Positions 44,532 through 57,266 of a stretch of 64,000 bases of DNA are shown here, one piece after another. Each line of letters begins with the position of its first letter. The first letter of the stretch is position 1. The stretch covers positions 682,001 through 746,000 of the forward strand of contig CM075994.1 in the NCBI GenBank assembly GCA_038087875.1, read 5' to 3'. The DNA is from Malacoraja senta (taxonomy: Eukaryota). Made by a program: the position numbers and the translations under genes. Under the pieces are notes generated by a model. It had not been told where the DNA came from. It did no database searches and saw nothing but the letters and a program-made list of their open reading frames with translations.

Positions 44532-47500
44532 TCAGGTTCCTCGTACATCTTTCCCCCTCACCTTAACACCTATGCACAGAGCAGCGAAGGGGGACGTGAG
44601 CAGGGCGTACAACTGCGCTCTGAACCTGCTCTGGGTGAGGGCGTACACACAGGTGTTTGTGCAGGAACCGAGGCACTTCAGCAGCATCGCGACTTGCACG
44701 GCCGCGTACAGCGAGCGGGGACCGCGGAACGTCACCGTCTCGCTCACCCCCACCCAGGCGTGGATCACCGTGATGGGAACGGCCAGCGCCACGAAGCTCC
44801 CGGAGACGGCGAACAGCAGGGCGACCGAAGCCCTCCGGCTCCTGACCTCGGGGTCATCGCCCCCGCCCCCCTGGCAAGAGCCCTTCAAGGCCAGTCGGGC
44901 CCTGCTGGCCCCTAGAATGTGTCTGGCGGTCAGCGAATTCAGCAGCAGCAGGGCGGGGATGGGGAGGAAGGTGTTGAGGAGGTTGGAGGTCCAGCGATGG
45001 GCGGACCACAGCGGGGATTCCAGGTGACCCGGCACAGAGCAGCATCCGTAGGCCACACGGTGAACGGTGAAACAGGGCCGGTAGCGGAGAGGCAAGGGCG
45101 CGTTCGTCAACACACTGACCATTCCTACCGCCGCTAGCACCATGGCCGCCGTTCTCGCGGTGCAATAAGTGCGCCTCAGCTTCCGGCAACAGATAGCCAC
45201 GAAACGGTCACACGTGAAGGACACGGTGAACCAGGTATTGAGCTGGAAACTGAAGCCTTGCAGGTAGGCACTGAGCCGGCACACGGGCGTGTAGCGGAGC
45301 GGAGACCCGGGGAAGTGGTACCTGAAAGGACAAGCAACGCCGGGGTGACTCAGCGGGTCAGGCAGCGGCTCTGGAAAGAAAAATAGATATACAAAACGCT
45401 GGATGTAACTCAGCGGGTCAGGCAGCAAATGGAGGAAAGATAAACACAAAACGCTGGAGTAACGCAGCGGGTCGGCACGGTGGCGCAGCGGTAGAGTTGC
45501 TGCCAGAGACCCGGGTTCGATTCTGACTACGGGTGCAGTGTGCCCGGAGATTGGCCGTTCTCCCCGTGACATCGTGGGTATTCTCCGGGTGCCCAAGGTT
45601 TCCTCTAACTTTTGCAAGCAGACCAGGGGGGATTTTACAAAAAGGCAATGAACCTACAAACCTGCACGTTTTCGGAGTGTGGGAGCAATCCGGAGCACCT
45701 GGATAAAACCCACGCAGTCACAGGCAGAATGTTCATACTACACACAGACACACGAAGGTCAGAGTCGAACCCAGGTCTTTAGTGCTTTGCGGGGAACAGG
45801 AGCGGGGAAGCGTGGGAAGAGAGAGGGGGTGATGTGGGGTAGAATGGAATGGTCTTTGGGGGAGGTTGGTGAAAGGTTACCTAAAATCGGAGTATTCAAT
45901 GTTCATACCGTTGGGTTGTAAGATGCTGTCCCTCCAGTTTGCGTGTGGCCTCACTCTGGCAGTGAAGGAAGCCCAGGATAAAAAAAGGTCAGTGTGGTAA
46001 CGGGAAGGGAATGGTTAAAAACCGGGAGATCCAGCAGGTCTTGGCGGACCGAGCGCAAGCGTTCGGTGAAATTTTCGCCCAGTCTACACATTGTCTTGCC
46101 GATGTCCAGGAGGCCACATCGGGAACTGGGATATTTCCCGGTGGCCAAACACTTTAACTCCTCCTCCCATTCGCACACCTACCCATTCTGTCAGGGGCCT
46201 CCTCCTTTGTCAGAGTGAGGCCCAGCGCAAACAGGAGCAACAGCACCTCGTGTTTCGCTTGGGCAGCTTACACCGCAGCTTGACTTCTCTAACTCCAAGT
46301 GACCCTTGCTTTTCCTCTCTCTCCATTCCATCCTAATTCCCCGACCAGTCTGACTGTCCCTTTGATTAAATATTTATCTCTCTTTGCTCCGTTGTCCACT
46401 TCCCCGAGCTAACAATGGTCCGTTCTACTTTTCCCTTGATCAGAATACCACTTCACCCCCCACCCCCTTCCCAAATCTTTGCACATCCCCAAACCTTTCC
46501 ATTCGTCACTTTAATTTAATGTATCTTGGTTTTTTTTATGACTGTTAGCAGAATACTTTCCCTCCTGGGATTAGTAAAGTTCTATCGTATTGTACGGTAA
46601 CAGCGTCCCATTTGATGTCTCGTTTTCACAACTTTACTTTTCATATCTCTGCGTGTCCCCCTCCACTGTCTCTGTCTGAAGAAGGCTCTCGACCCGAAAC
46701 GTCACCCATTCTTTCTATCCGCAGATGCTGCCTGTCCCACCGCGTTACTCCAGCGTTTTGTGTCTATCTTCGGCGTAAATCAGCATCTGCAGTTCCTTCC
46801 TACACATGCAGTAGATGAGGTTGGAGCAGGTATCCAGTACGTACCTGACTATCTGGCTGACTATGACGTTGAAGACCAAAACCATGAGATCACCCATCGC
46901 CATGGCCATCATGTAGCAGGTGATGTCTTTGGAGAGACCGCACTTTCCTCGAAACAGGATCACCAAGGACATCAAGTTGGCTGTAAGGAAACACACAACG
47001 GCGAGAAGCAAGAGGGAAATGGGATAGAGGCGTAGGGGACTGCATCTGTAGGGAACGGCAATAAATGTAACCAGAATTTCAGCAGTCCTGAACTACTTTC
47101 TACCTCATTGGTGACACTCGGACCACGTGTGACCGGACTTTGATGGCTTTACCTTGCACTGAACGTCATTCCCTTATCATGTATCTGTACACTGGAAATG
47201 GCTCGATTGTAATCGCGATTTCCGCTGACTGGTTAGCACGCAACAAAAGCTTTTTACTGTACCTCGGTACACGTGATAATGAACTAAATTCAACTGAACT
47301 GAATACGATCCAAGCCATTTGGGTATTTCTTAAACGGAGATTGACAGGTTCTTGATCAATAAGGTTGTTAAAGGATAGGGGGGGAAAGGCAGGAGAATGG
47401 GGGTGGTCAGGGGAAGATAGATCAGCCATGACTGAATGTTACAGGAGACTTGACGGGCTCTTCACATTCACTCCATCCAGGCCATACACAAGATACGAGG

Positions 47501-48287
47501 TCAGGACTGAACCCATGTCTTTTGCGATGTGAGGCAACAACTCTCACTCTGCGCCACGGTGCTAACCTAATTTTAGACAATAAGAGTGAAAACAGCCCAT
47601 TCGGCCCGTCGGACCAGCGACTACCTGCCCAATGTTAGAAGCAATCCGTCTTCCCTTAGCATTGAAGCCAAGAGCACAAAAGTGAACAATCTCATCGTTG
47701 CCCTGACTCTGACCACTGACTGGCACAATGGATGCAGAGAAATCAACTGCAGCCAAAATCAATGAAGAGACATAGAAAGATTCAACCTCCGGTATTCCAG
47801 AGAAAACAATGCAAGTCTGTTCGACTTCTCCTTGTAGCTGATTCCCGCTAAAGCAGGTATCATTCTGGTAAGAGGCACAAAAATGCTGGATTAACTCAGT
47901 GGGTCGGACACCATCTCTGGAGAGAAGGAATAAGTGACATTTCGGGTCGAGACCTTTATTTCAGACCAGTAAGGAGAAAAGAAAACGAGAGATATAGTCG
48001 GTGATAGAGAGAGATAAAGAGCAAATGAATGAAAGCTATGCATAAAGTAACGATGATCAATGAAATGGAGAGCCCATGATGGCCCATTGTTGGATGAGGG
48101 CTAGGTGATAACGAGTTATACAGACAGTGAAATTCAATAAGACGACAGTGTAACTAGTACGACAACTAGGGTGGGGGAAGGGACGGAGAGAAAACCACCG
48201 CTACATTAAATGAAATGACTTACCAGGCACACCAATGACTGCAATAATCGGGTAGAAGATCTCGATGTGAAGTGCGTACGTTCCCAT
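44532..48287 (-). CDS. Class A GPCR, GPR139/GPR142-like family, copy 1 (3 exons, 329 aa, intact)
   Basis: complement(join(44532-45321,46845-46980,48224-48287)) reads MGTYALHIEIFYPIIAVIGVP|ANLMSLVILFRGKCGLSKDITCYMMAMAMGDLMVLVFNVIVSQIV|RYHFPGSPLRYTPVCRL...TVSFTCDRFVAIC...SCTNTCVY. Introns are GT-AG (phase 1 and 2). TM1 Asn, TM2 Asp, the TM3 Cys and DRF are present. Confidence 0.88.
45326..46840 (-). mobile_element. Degraded Penelope-like element forming GPCR intron 2, with nested + strand Penelope piece (~46130-46805) and V-SINE
   Basis: Minus strand reads SNLIYC (46806-46826), then after the nested insert continues SRCGLLDIGKTMCRLGENFTERLRSVR (GIY-YIG). It ends in the GCTGCCTGACCCGCTGAGT tail next to the acceptor. 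Confidence 0.75.
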
Positions 48288-48338
48288 TCTCTGGTGAAAG
48301 GAGGCGCTCTATGAATGGGGTGCTTTGGAAAAGGAAGG

Positions 48339-48345
48339 ATTTATA
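48339..48345 (-). promoter_or_regulatory. TATA box of GPCR copy 1 (paralogue at 60389-60395)
   Basis: TATAAAT on the minus strand about 55 bp upstream of the ATG, conserved in both copies. Confidence 0.6.
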
Positions 48346-48479
48346 CGTGAGCAGATGGTCTCTTGCGACACCCATGTCCTTAGCCAGAGCAAATATTCAA
48401 CGCAAGGGTTCGCAAACCAGCACTAATGAGACCTAATGATCCTCAGAGATAACATTGCACTCACAACCACAGTCATTAC

Positions 48480-51400
48480 ATCAGATTCAGATTCAGATTC
48501 AGATTCAACTTTATTGAATCCACCCACTCACAACAAGGGCAGAGTCCCCCTAGTCCTCACCTTTCACCCCACCAGCCGTCACATACAACAAGTGATCCGT
48601 CAGTTTCGCCACCTCCAACGTGACGCCACCACTCACCACATCTTCCCATCTCCCCCCATGTCTGCCTTCCGCAAAGACCGCTCCCTCCGTAATTCCCTTG
48701 TCAATTCTTCCCTTCCCTCCCATACCACCCCCTCCCCTGGTACTTTCCCTTGCAACCGCAAGAGATGCAACACTTGTCCCTTCACCTCCCCCCTCTACTC
48801 CATTCAAGGACCCAAGCAGTCGTTCCAGGTGCGACAGAGGTTCATCTGCATCTCCTCCAACCTCATCTATTGCATTCGCTGCTCTAGATGCCAGCTGATC
48901 TACATCGGTGAGACCAAGCGGAGGCTTGGCGATCGTTTCGCCGAACACCTCCGGTCGTTCCGCAATAAGCAACCTGAACTCTCGGTGGCTCAGCACTTCA
49001 ACTCCCCCTCCCATTCCGTATCTGACCTCTCTGTCCTGGGTCTCCTCCATGGCCACAGCGAGCAACACCGTAAATTGCAGGAAATGCACCTCATATTCCG
49101 CTTGGGCAGTCTACATCCTGGGGGTTGAACATTGAATTCTCCCAATTCTGCTAGCCCTTGCTGTTCCCTCCCCTTCATCAGCCATCTGGTTGTCTCCTCC
49201 CCTCCCCCAGCCCTCGGGCTCCTCCTCCGCCTTTTTCCTTTTTTTCTTTCTTCTCCCCACCCCCTATCAGTCTGAAGAAGGGTTTCGGCCCGAAACGTTA
49301 CCTATTTCCTTCGCTCCATAGATGCTGCTGCACCCGCTGCGTTTCTCCAGCATTTTTGTGTACCTTCGATTTTCCAGCATCTGCAGTTCCTTCTTTATCA
49401 ACTTTATTGTCATTGTGCAGTGTACGGTACAGAGACTACGAAATGCAGTTAGCATCTCCCTAGAAGAGCGACATAAATATGAGCAGTAAATAAATAAATC
49501 TTATAAATCCTGGTGGGAGGAGTGTGGCGGGGGGGGGGGGGTGATTGGCAGTCACCGAGGTACAGTGTTGAGTAGTGTAACCGCCGCAGGGAAGAAGCTG
49601 TTCCTGGACCTGCTGGTCCGGCAACGGAGAGACCTGAAGCGCCTCCCGGATGCTAGGATGGTAAACAGTCTGTGGTTGGGGTGAGAGCAGTCCTTGGCGA
49701 TGCTGAGCGCCCTTCGCAGACAACGCTTGCTTTGGACAGACTCAATGGTGGGGAGTGCGGAACCGGTGATGCGTTGGACAATTCTCACCACCCTCTGCAG
49801 TGCTTTCCGGTCGGAGACAGTGCAGTTGCCATACCATACTGTGATGCAGTTGGTAAGGATGCTCTCGATGGTGCAGCGGTAGAAGTTCACCAGAATCTGA
49901 GGAGACAGATGGACCTTCTTTAGTCTCCTCAGGAAGAAGAAACGCTGGTGAGCCTCCTTGACCAGAATTGAGGTATTGTTTGTCCAAGAGAGGTCATCGG
50001 AGATGTTGACCCCCAGGAACGTGAAGCTGGAAACACGTTCCACCTCCATCCCGTTAATGTGGATGGGGGTGTACGTGCCGCCCCTAGACTTCCTGAAGTC
50101 TACAATGAGCTCCTTGGTCTTCTTGGAGTTAAGGGCCAGGTTGTTGTCACTGCACCATGCTGCTAGGAGCTGGACCTCCTCCCTATAGGCCGACTCATCG
50201 TGGTTGCTGATGAGGCCAATCACCGTTGTATCATCTGCATACTTGAATATGGTGTTAGTACCATGTACAGGTGTGCAGTCGTAGGTGAAGAGGGAGTAGA
50301 GGAGGGGGCTCAGCACACATCCCTGTGGAACGCCGGTGTTCAGGGTGAGGGTTGAAGAGGTGTGCTTGTCTAACCTAACAGACTGGGGTCTGTTGGTTAG
50401 AAAGTCCAGTATCCAGTTGCAGAGGGAGGCGTCGATGCCCAGGTCACAGAGTTTGGTGATCAGTTTAGAGGGTATGATGGTGTTGAATGCTGAGCTGTAA
50501 TCGATGAACAACGTTCTTACGTAAGGGTCTCTGTTGTCGAGGTGGGAGAGGGTGGTAGTGCCGTTGAGATGGCATCCTCCGTACTCCTGTTCTTCCGGTA
50601 GGCAAACTGATAGGGATCCAATGTGGGGGGTAGGCAGCCTTTGAGGTGTGCCAGGACCAGCCTCTCGAAGCACTTGGCGATGATGGGAGTAAGTGCAACT
50701 GGGCGGAAGTCGTTGAGGCTCGCCGCAGTGGAGTGTTTTGGCACCGGCACGATGGAGGTGGATTTAAGGCACGTGGGCACAACTGCTTGGGCAAGTGACA
50801 GGTTGAAGATGTCAGTCCAGACGTCTGCCAGCTGCGCAGCACAGGCCCTGAGGACGCGCCCGGGAATACCATCGGGGCCAGCAGCCTTACGTGCATTAGT
50901 CCTACTCAGTGCCACGTACACGTCGTAGGGGGTGAGTGAGAGGGGCTGGTGATCGGCAGGGAGCACCGCCTTGATGGCCAACTGCCGATTGTCTCTATCG
51001 AAGCGGCCACAGATGTGGTTAAGCTCCTCAAGGAAGGAGGCGTTGCTGGATGTGGGGGTGGTGTTGGTGGGTCTAAAGTCTGTGATGGCCTGGATGCCTT
51101 GCCACATGCGTCGGGGGTCGGAGTTGTTGTTGAAGTGCTCCTCAATCCCGAGCTTATGGCAGTGCTTGGCCTTCTTTATGCCCTTCTTCAGGTTATCCCT
51201 GGACAGCGCTGACCTCGCTGTTCATCCATGGCTTCTGATTCGGCAATATGGTCACCCGTTTGAGGGAGGTGACACTGTTGATGGTGGAGTTTATAAAGTC
51301 CAGAACAGAGGATGTATTGGAGTCAATGTCCGTGTGGGAGTCAAGGGTGGCCTGGGCTGCAAACGCCTTCCAGTCAGTGTTTCCAAAACACTGCTGAAGT

Positions 51401-52265
51401 GTGGAGTCCGCATCCTCTGACCAGACTTTAACTGTCCTCACAGTGGGTTTAACCCGTCTGATGAGTGGGGAGTACTTTGGGAGCAGGAACAATGAGAGGT
51501 GATCAGACTGTCCCAGGTGGGGGAGGGGGGCGGCTTTGTAAGCTTCAGCCATGTTGGTGTAGACTTTGTCCAGTGTCTTGTCTTCTCTAGTGGCGAAGGA
51601 GACATGTTGGTGGAATTTGGGGAGTACAGTCTTCAGGTTGGAGTGATTGAAGTCACCCCCAACAATGAAGGCTGCCTCGGGGTTGTGAGTCTGTTGTTTG
51701 CTAATGGCAGTATGCAGTTCTTTCTTTGCAAGCTTGGCATTAGCATCAGGAGGAATATAGGCTGCAGTCACAACAGTGGAGGTAAACTCTCTGGGCAGAT
51801 AGAACGGTCTGCATCTAACCAAGAGGAACTCTAGGTTAGCTGAGCAGTGACTCTCGATGATGGTGGTGTCCGTGCACCATGCTCCAGACCCCCACTTCTG
51901 GTCTTACCAGAGTTTATTGTCCTGTCCGCTCGGAGTAAATGCCGCCCCGATAGCTGGATGGCGCTGTCAGGAACGTCGGTGTTGAGCCAAGTTTCAGTGA
52001 GGATCAAGATGCTGCAGTCTTTGATCCAGTTGTGGGAGGTGATCCTTAGCCGGAGTTGGTCCATTTTGTTTGCCAGTGAGCGCACGTTGGCGAGGAAAAG
52101 GCTAGGAATCGCTAGCCTGTGTGGGTCTAGCTCTAACCTGGCCTTTAACCCACCTCTGCGTCCCCGGCGGTGCTTCCGTTCACGTCGCCGTCTGTTGGTG
52201 CTTCCGGTCGGCCGAGCTGGCTTGGTGGACGCTGGCGTTCTGCCGCCCCGCGACTCCGCTGGCGT
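48480..52265 (-). mobile_element. Rex1/Babar-like LINE (EN+RT, frameshifted), unit 1
   Basis: Motifs [51 protein letters not shown] and KYADDT. The (TGAATC)n tail at 48480-48506 is split from the body by the Penelope insertion. Confidence 0.93.
48517..49397 (+). mobile_element. Penelope-like element, 5'-truncated (GIY-YIG endonuclease), unit-1-specific
   Basis: ORF reads RVPLVLTFHP...PCNRKRCNTC...SNLIYCIRCSRCQLIYIGETKRRLGDRFAEH. A 12-bp TSD TCAACTTTATTG lies at 48505-48516 and 49398-49409. The empty site is at 60549-60560. Confidence 0.92.
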
Positions 52266-52267
52266 TG

Positions 52268-52580
52268 TACTAGTTTACTAGTTTAGTTTAGTTAGTGTAA
52301 TCACTAGTTTAGTTTAGTTAGTGTGCTTTAGTTAATTTAATTTAGTTAGTTTGCTTTTGTTAGTTTACTTTAGTGTATTAGTTTGCTTTAATTAGTTATG
52401 TTATCATTAATCGAGTTTAGTTTAGTTTTGTTCCATTTCATTATGTTTCGTTTAATTCAATTTAGCCAAGTTAGTTTAGTTTAATTTAGTTTAGTTTAAT
52501 TTAGGTTAGTTTAATTTAGGTTAGTTTAGTCTATTCTAGTCGAGTTTAGTTTTGTTTTGATTCGTTTATTTTAGGTTAGT
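52268..52580. repeat. Degenerate (TTAGT)n low-complexity array (paralogue 63450-63747)
   Basis: Visible directly. Confidence 0.9.
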
Positions 52581-52761
52581 TGAGTGATAAAGCTCGGAAA
52601 CTTGATCTGAAACTTGATCTGAAAAGGCACATCATCACATTCAGGCACAGTTTCTTCCCAGCTGCTATCATGCAATTGATACACCCTAGCATAACCAGAG
52701 AGCAGTCCTGAACTACTATCTACCCTTTTGGTGACCCTTGGTCTATTCTCTATCAGATTTC

Positions 52762-53520
52762 GATGTCCGGAAGTGGCGGCGCTGCCCAAGCAGCTGCGGC
52801 TGACCTGCAGTCCGTTTGTCTTTTCATTTTTTTTGTTTCTTTTGTCCTGTTGTTTAGTTAATTTCGTTTATTTTAGTTGTGTATGTGTGGGGGAATGGGA
52901 GAAATTGTCTTTAGTCTCCTCCATCCGGGGGGGGTGCGACCTTTTCTTGTCGTATCCCCCGTCTCCGTCTCCGTCTGTGCTGAGGCCTAATCGCGGAGCT
53001 GGCGACCTCCAACAGGGACCGACATCGAGGCTCCGGAGGCAGAGCCAGGACTTACCAACGCAAGGCTGGCTGACTTCGGGGCTGTGGTGGCGGCGACCCG
53101 ACTTCGGAGCCTCGGAGGCTCGGCCGCGGGCCCAGTGGACGACAACGTCGGGAGCTCGCAGGTCCCAGGTTTGCTCCCGCAACATCAGCTTCGTCCGCTG
53201 GACTGGTGGGTGGCAGCTTCGGCAGCTTCGACCTCCCCGGGCCACGGAGTTTGAACCAGCCCGTTCGCGGAGCTCGGTTGCAGCCGCTGGGAGGCCCAAC
53301 ACCGGAAGCCTGGATCGCCTCAAAGTAGAGGGAGACGAGGAGGGAAATGACAAGGACTTAAAGATGTTTGCCTTCCATCACAATGAGGAGGTGCCTGGTA
53401 GACTCACTGTGGTGGGTGTTAAACTATGTTAACTGTGTATTTTGTTATTTTATTCTATGTTATGACTGCAAGGTATACAATTTCGCTCAGACTGAAATGT
53501 CTAAATGACAATAAAGGATA
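52762..53520 (+). mobile_element. GC-rich non-autonomous retroelement
   Basis: Head GGAAGTGGCGGCGCTGCC...GCTGCGGCT. The 3' part TGCCTTCCATCACA...GTGGTGG.TGTT is shared with inverted copies at about 14700-14990, 18240-18860 and 19240-19780, and it ends in ACAATAAA. Confidence 0.55.
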
Positions 53521-55035
53521 CTTAAATTGCTTCAACTTAAGACGGTTAAGACGGACTGAGCGGAGGTGTTCAACAAAACGATCGCCGAGCCTGCGCTTGG
53601 TCTCGCCGATGTGCGGAGGTTCACACCCGGGACAGCGGATACAGTAGATGAGGTTGTAGGAGATGCAAGTGAAACCTCTGCCTCACCTGAAAAGACTGTC
53701 GGGGTGAGGAGGTGCAAATGCAGATGAGGCAGAGGTTGACTGGCATCTCCTCCAACATCATCTACTGGGCCGAGGTTAGATTCCGACTATGGGTGCTGTC
53801 TGTAAGTTCTCCCCTAGACCTGCGTCAGAGATGTTCGGTTTACTCCCCCACTCCAAAGACGTACAGGTAGGTAGGTTAATTGGCTTGGTATGAATGTAAA
53901 TTGTCCCTAGTGTGTGCGGTATCGTGTTAACGTGCGGGGATCGTTGGTCGGCACGGACTCGGTGGGCCGAAGGGCCTGTTCCGCGCTGCATCTCTAAACT
54001 AAACTAAACTAAACGCAGCTAAAACTAAAAGTTAGTGACGCCAAATGTATTAATGGCAAGTCTGTATGTATTGGATGTATAATGGTAATAACAGCGAGCA
54101 TGTAAAATGGTCTGCCTATCGTTTTCTGAAACCTCAAGGAGCGGAGTTCAAAGGTAGGGAACATGAAAAGGTTGACAACAGGTACTAACTTGCACCTTGT
54201 TTTAATGTATTGATGAATTGTACACCTTCAATAGCTTTTGGGATATCCACATGACTCAGTGTGTTCTCTAGTCATAACAAGAGGAGTCGAGTATAGGAGC
54301 AAAGAGGTCCTTCTGCAGTGGTACAGGGCACTAGTGAGACGACACCTGGAGTATTGTGAGCAGTTTTGGTCCCCTTATTTGAAGAAGGAAATTCTTGCTA
54401 TTGAGGGAGTGCAGCGTAGGTATACAAGGTTAATTCCCCGGATGGCGGGACTGTCATATGCTGAGAGAATGGTGCGGCTGGGCTTATATACTCTCGAATT
54501 TAGATGAGAGGGGATCTTATTTAAACATATAAGATTATTAAGGGTTTGGACATGCTAGAGGCAGGACACGTGTTGGGGGCGTCCAGAACCAGGGGCCACA
54601 GTTTAAGACTGAGGGGTAAGCCATTTAGAACGGAGATGAGAAAACACCTTTTCACACAGAGAGCTGTGATTCTGTGGAATTCTCTGCCTGTGGAGGCTGG
54701 TTCTCTGGATACTGTCAAGAGAAAGCTAGATCGGGCTCTTAAAGATAGCGGAGTCAGGGGATATGGTGAGAAGGCAGGAACGGAGTACTGATTGGGGATG
54801 ATCAGCCATGGTCACGTTGATTGGCGGTGCTAGCTCGACGGGCCGAATGGCCCAACCCTGCGTCTATTCTCCATAGAAACATTGAAATAATATTCCATTT
54901 CGTGCCCCGTTTGTGAAACAGTGAATTCAGTGACTGCAATTTATGTTATTTACTCCGTGCAGCCGAGATTTCTCCCGGCTTCGAATGGACCCAATGAGAA
55001 CAAAGTTTGTGATCAACCAGATGAAAAAACAAATG

Positions 55036-56490
55036 TCTCAATGGTTCATTGGTTCAATGGCTCTATGGTTCAATGATTCAATGGCTCAATGATTCAATGG
55101 CTCAATGGCTCAATGGTTCAATGATTCAATGATTCAATGATTCAATGGCTCAATGGCTCAATGATTCAATGATTCCAAATTCCTCAATGATTCAATGGCT
55201 CAATGGTTCAATGATTCAATTATTTAATGGTTCAATGGTTCAATGTTTCAATGATTCAATGATTCAATGGCTCAATGGCTCAAATGATTCAATGATTCCA
55301 AACTTCTCAATGATTCAATGGCTCAATGGTTCAATGATTCAATGGTTCAATTATTTAATGGTTCAATGGTTCAATGGTTCAATAATTCAATGATTCAATG
55401 ATTCAATGAATCAATCGTTCAATGGCTCAATGGTTCAATGATTCAATGATTCAATGATTCAATGAATCAATCGTTCAATGGCTCAATGGCTCAACGGTTC
55501 AACGGTTCAATGATTCAATGATTCAATGAATCAATCGTTCAGTGGCTCAATGGCTCAATGGCTCAACGGTTCAATGATTCAATGATTCAATGATTCAATG
55601 AATCAATCGTTCAATGTCTCAATGGCTCAATGGCTCAACGGTTCAATGATTCAATGATTCAATGATTTAATGATTCAATGGCTCAATGGTTCAATGGTTC
55701 AATGGCTCAATGGTTCAATGTTTCAATGATTCAAAATTTCTCAATGATTCAATGATTCAACGATTCCATGATTCAATGGTTCAATGGTTCGATGTTTTGA
55801 TGGCTCAATGATACAATTGTTCAATGATTCGATGGTCCAATGATTCGATGATTCAATGGTTCAATGGTTCAATGGCTCAATGGCTCAATGGCTCAACGGT
55901 TCAATGGTTCAATGATTCAATGGTTCAATGATTCATTGGCTCAATGATTCAATGGTTCTGTGGTTCAATGACTCAATTAATGTTATTTACTCCGTGCAGA
56001 CGAGATTTCTCCCCGCTTCGAATGGACCCAATGAGAACAGAGTTTGTGATCAACCAGATTAAAGGACAAATGGCTCAATGATTCAATGGTTCAATGGCTC
56101 AATCGTTCAATGGTTCAATGATTCAATGGCTCAATCGTTCAATGATCCAATGATTCCTTGTTTCAATGGTTCAATGGCTTATGGTCTCAGTGCAGGTAGA
56201 TGGGACTAGGTGAGAGTAAGTGTTCGGCATGGACTACAAGGGCCGAGATGGCCTGTTTCCGTGCTGTAATTGTTATATGGTTATATGGTTATAATGGTTT
56301 AATGGTTGAACGATTCAATGGTTCAATGGCTTATTGGTTCAATGGCTCAATAATCCAATGTCAATGATTCAATGATTCAAAGGCTCAATAGTTCAATGGT
56401 TCAATGGCTGAATGGTTGAATGATTCAATGGTTCAATGATTAAATGATTCAATGGTTGAATGATTCAATGGTTCAATGATTCAATGATGA
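55036..56490. repeat. 8-bp TCAATG(G/A)(T/C) satellite, expanded in unit 2
   Basis: About 1.45 kb versus about 0.47 kb in unit 1. Includes a re-duplicated flank at about 55980-56070. Confidence 0.9.
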
Positions 56491-57266
56491 TCCAATTCAT
56501 GTTTTTTTTAAATCTGGAACAATAAAAGTGTCTATCTCTCTCCCTAGTAGAAGCATACAGTAGGAATAGTTTCGTTTTGTTTGTTGTCACGTTACCGGAG
56601 GTACAGTTAAAACATTTTGTTGCGGGCTAACCAGTCAGCGGAAAGACAATACATGATTACAATGGAGCCGTCCACATTGTACAGATAAACTATAAGGGAA
56701 TAACGTTTCGTGCAAGGTTAATCCAGTAAATTCCGTTAAAAAATAGTCCGACGGCCACCAATGAGGTAGATAGTACTTTAGCACTGCTCACTGGTTGTGG
56801 TAGGATGCTTCAGTTTCTTGATAAGTTGGGAAGGAACTATCCCTGAAACTTGAGGTGTGTGTTTTCATATTTCTTTACATTTTGCTCGATGGTAGAGGGG
56901 AGAAAAGGGGAGAGGGAGAACTCCCTATTCTCTAATTGGCAATTTGGAGAGTCCAATTATCCTACAAAATGTTTAGGGCGTGGAAGGAAATGCAGCACCG
57001 AGAGGAACCCACGCGGCAACATAGAGATTAGATGATCTTGCCATCGTGTTTGGCACGGTCATTGTGGCACGGACATTGTGTTCCAGTATTAAGTTCCAAG
57101 TTCTAAGTGCAGGACATAGGGTTAATTATCACAACGTTTAAGAAACATTTATACACGAACATGGATCGGACAGGTTTGGAGGGAAATGGAACAAATGCAG
57201 GCAGGTGGGACTAGTGTAGACGGAGCATGGTGGCCATTGTGAGCAAGTTTGGCTGAAGGGTACCCC

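Larger units (their letters stand above)
42520..54273. repeat. Tandem segmental duplication, unit 1 (~11.7 kb)
   Basis: The order CR1 - TCAATGGT satellite - GPCR - Rex1 - (TTAGT)n - GC-rich element recurs from 54274 to the window end, with shared unique spacers. Confidence 0.9.

Noticed and set aside
44514..45189. Antisense and alternate-frame ORFs over the GPCR exon and over the LINEs
   Set aside because: They are shadow ORFs of GC-rich coding sequence with no independent support.
44532..45617. 361-aa ORF (and the 360-aa ORF at 57267-58349) as single-exon GPCRs
   Set aside because: The N-terminal ~98 aa is read-through of intronic SINE/Penelope sequence and lacks TM1-2. The real exon starts at the acceptor at 45321 (58056 in copy 2).
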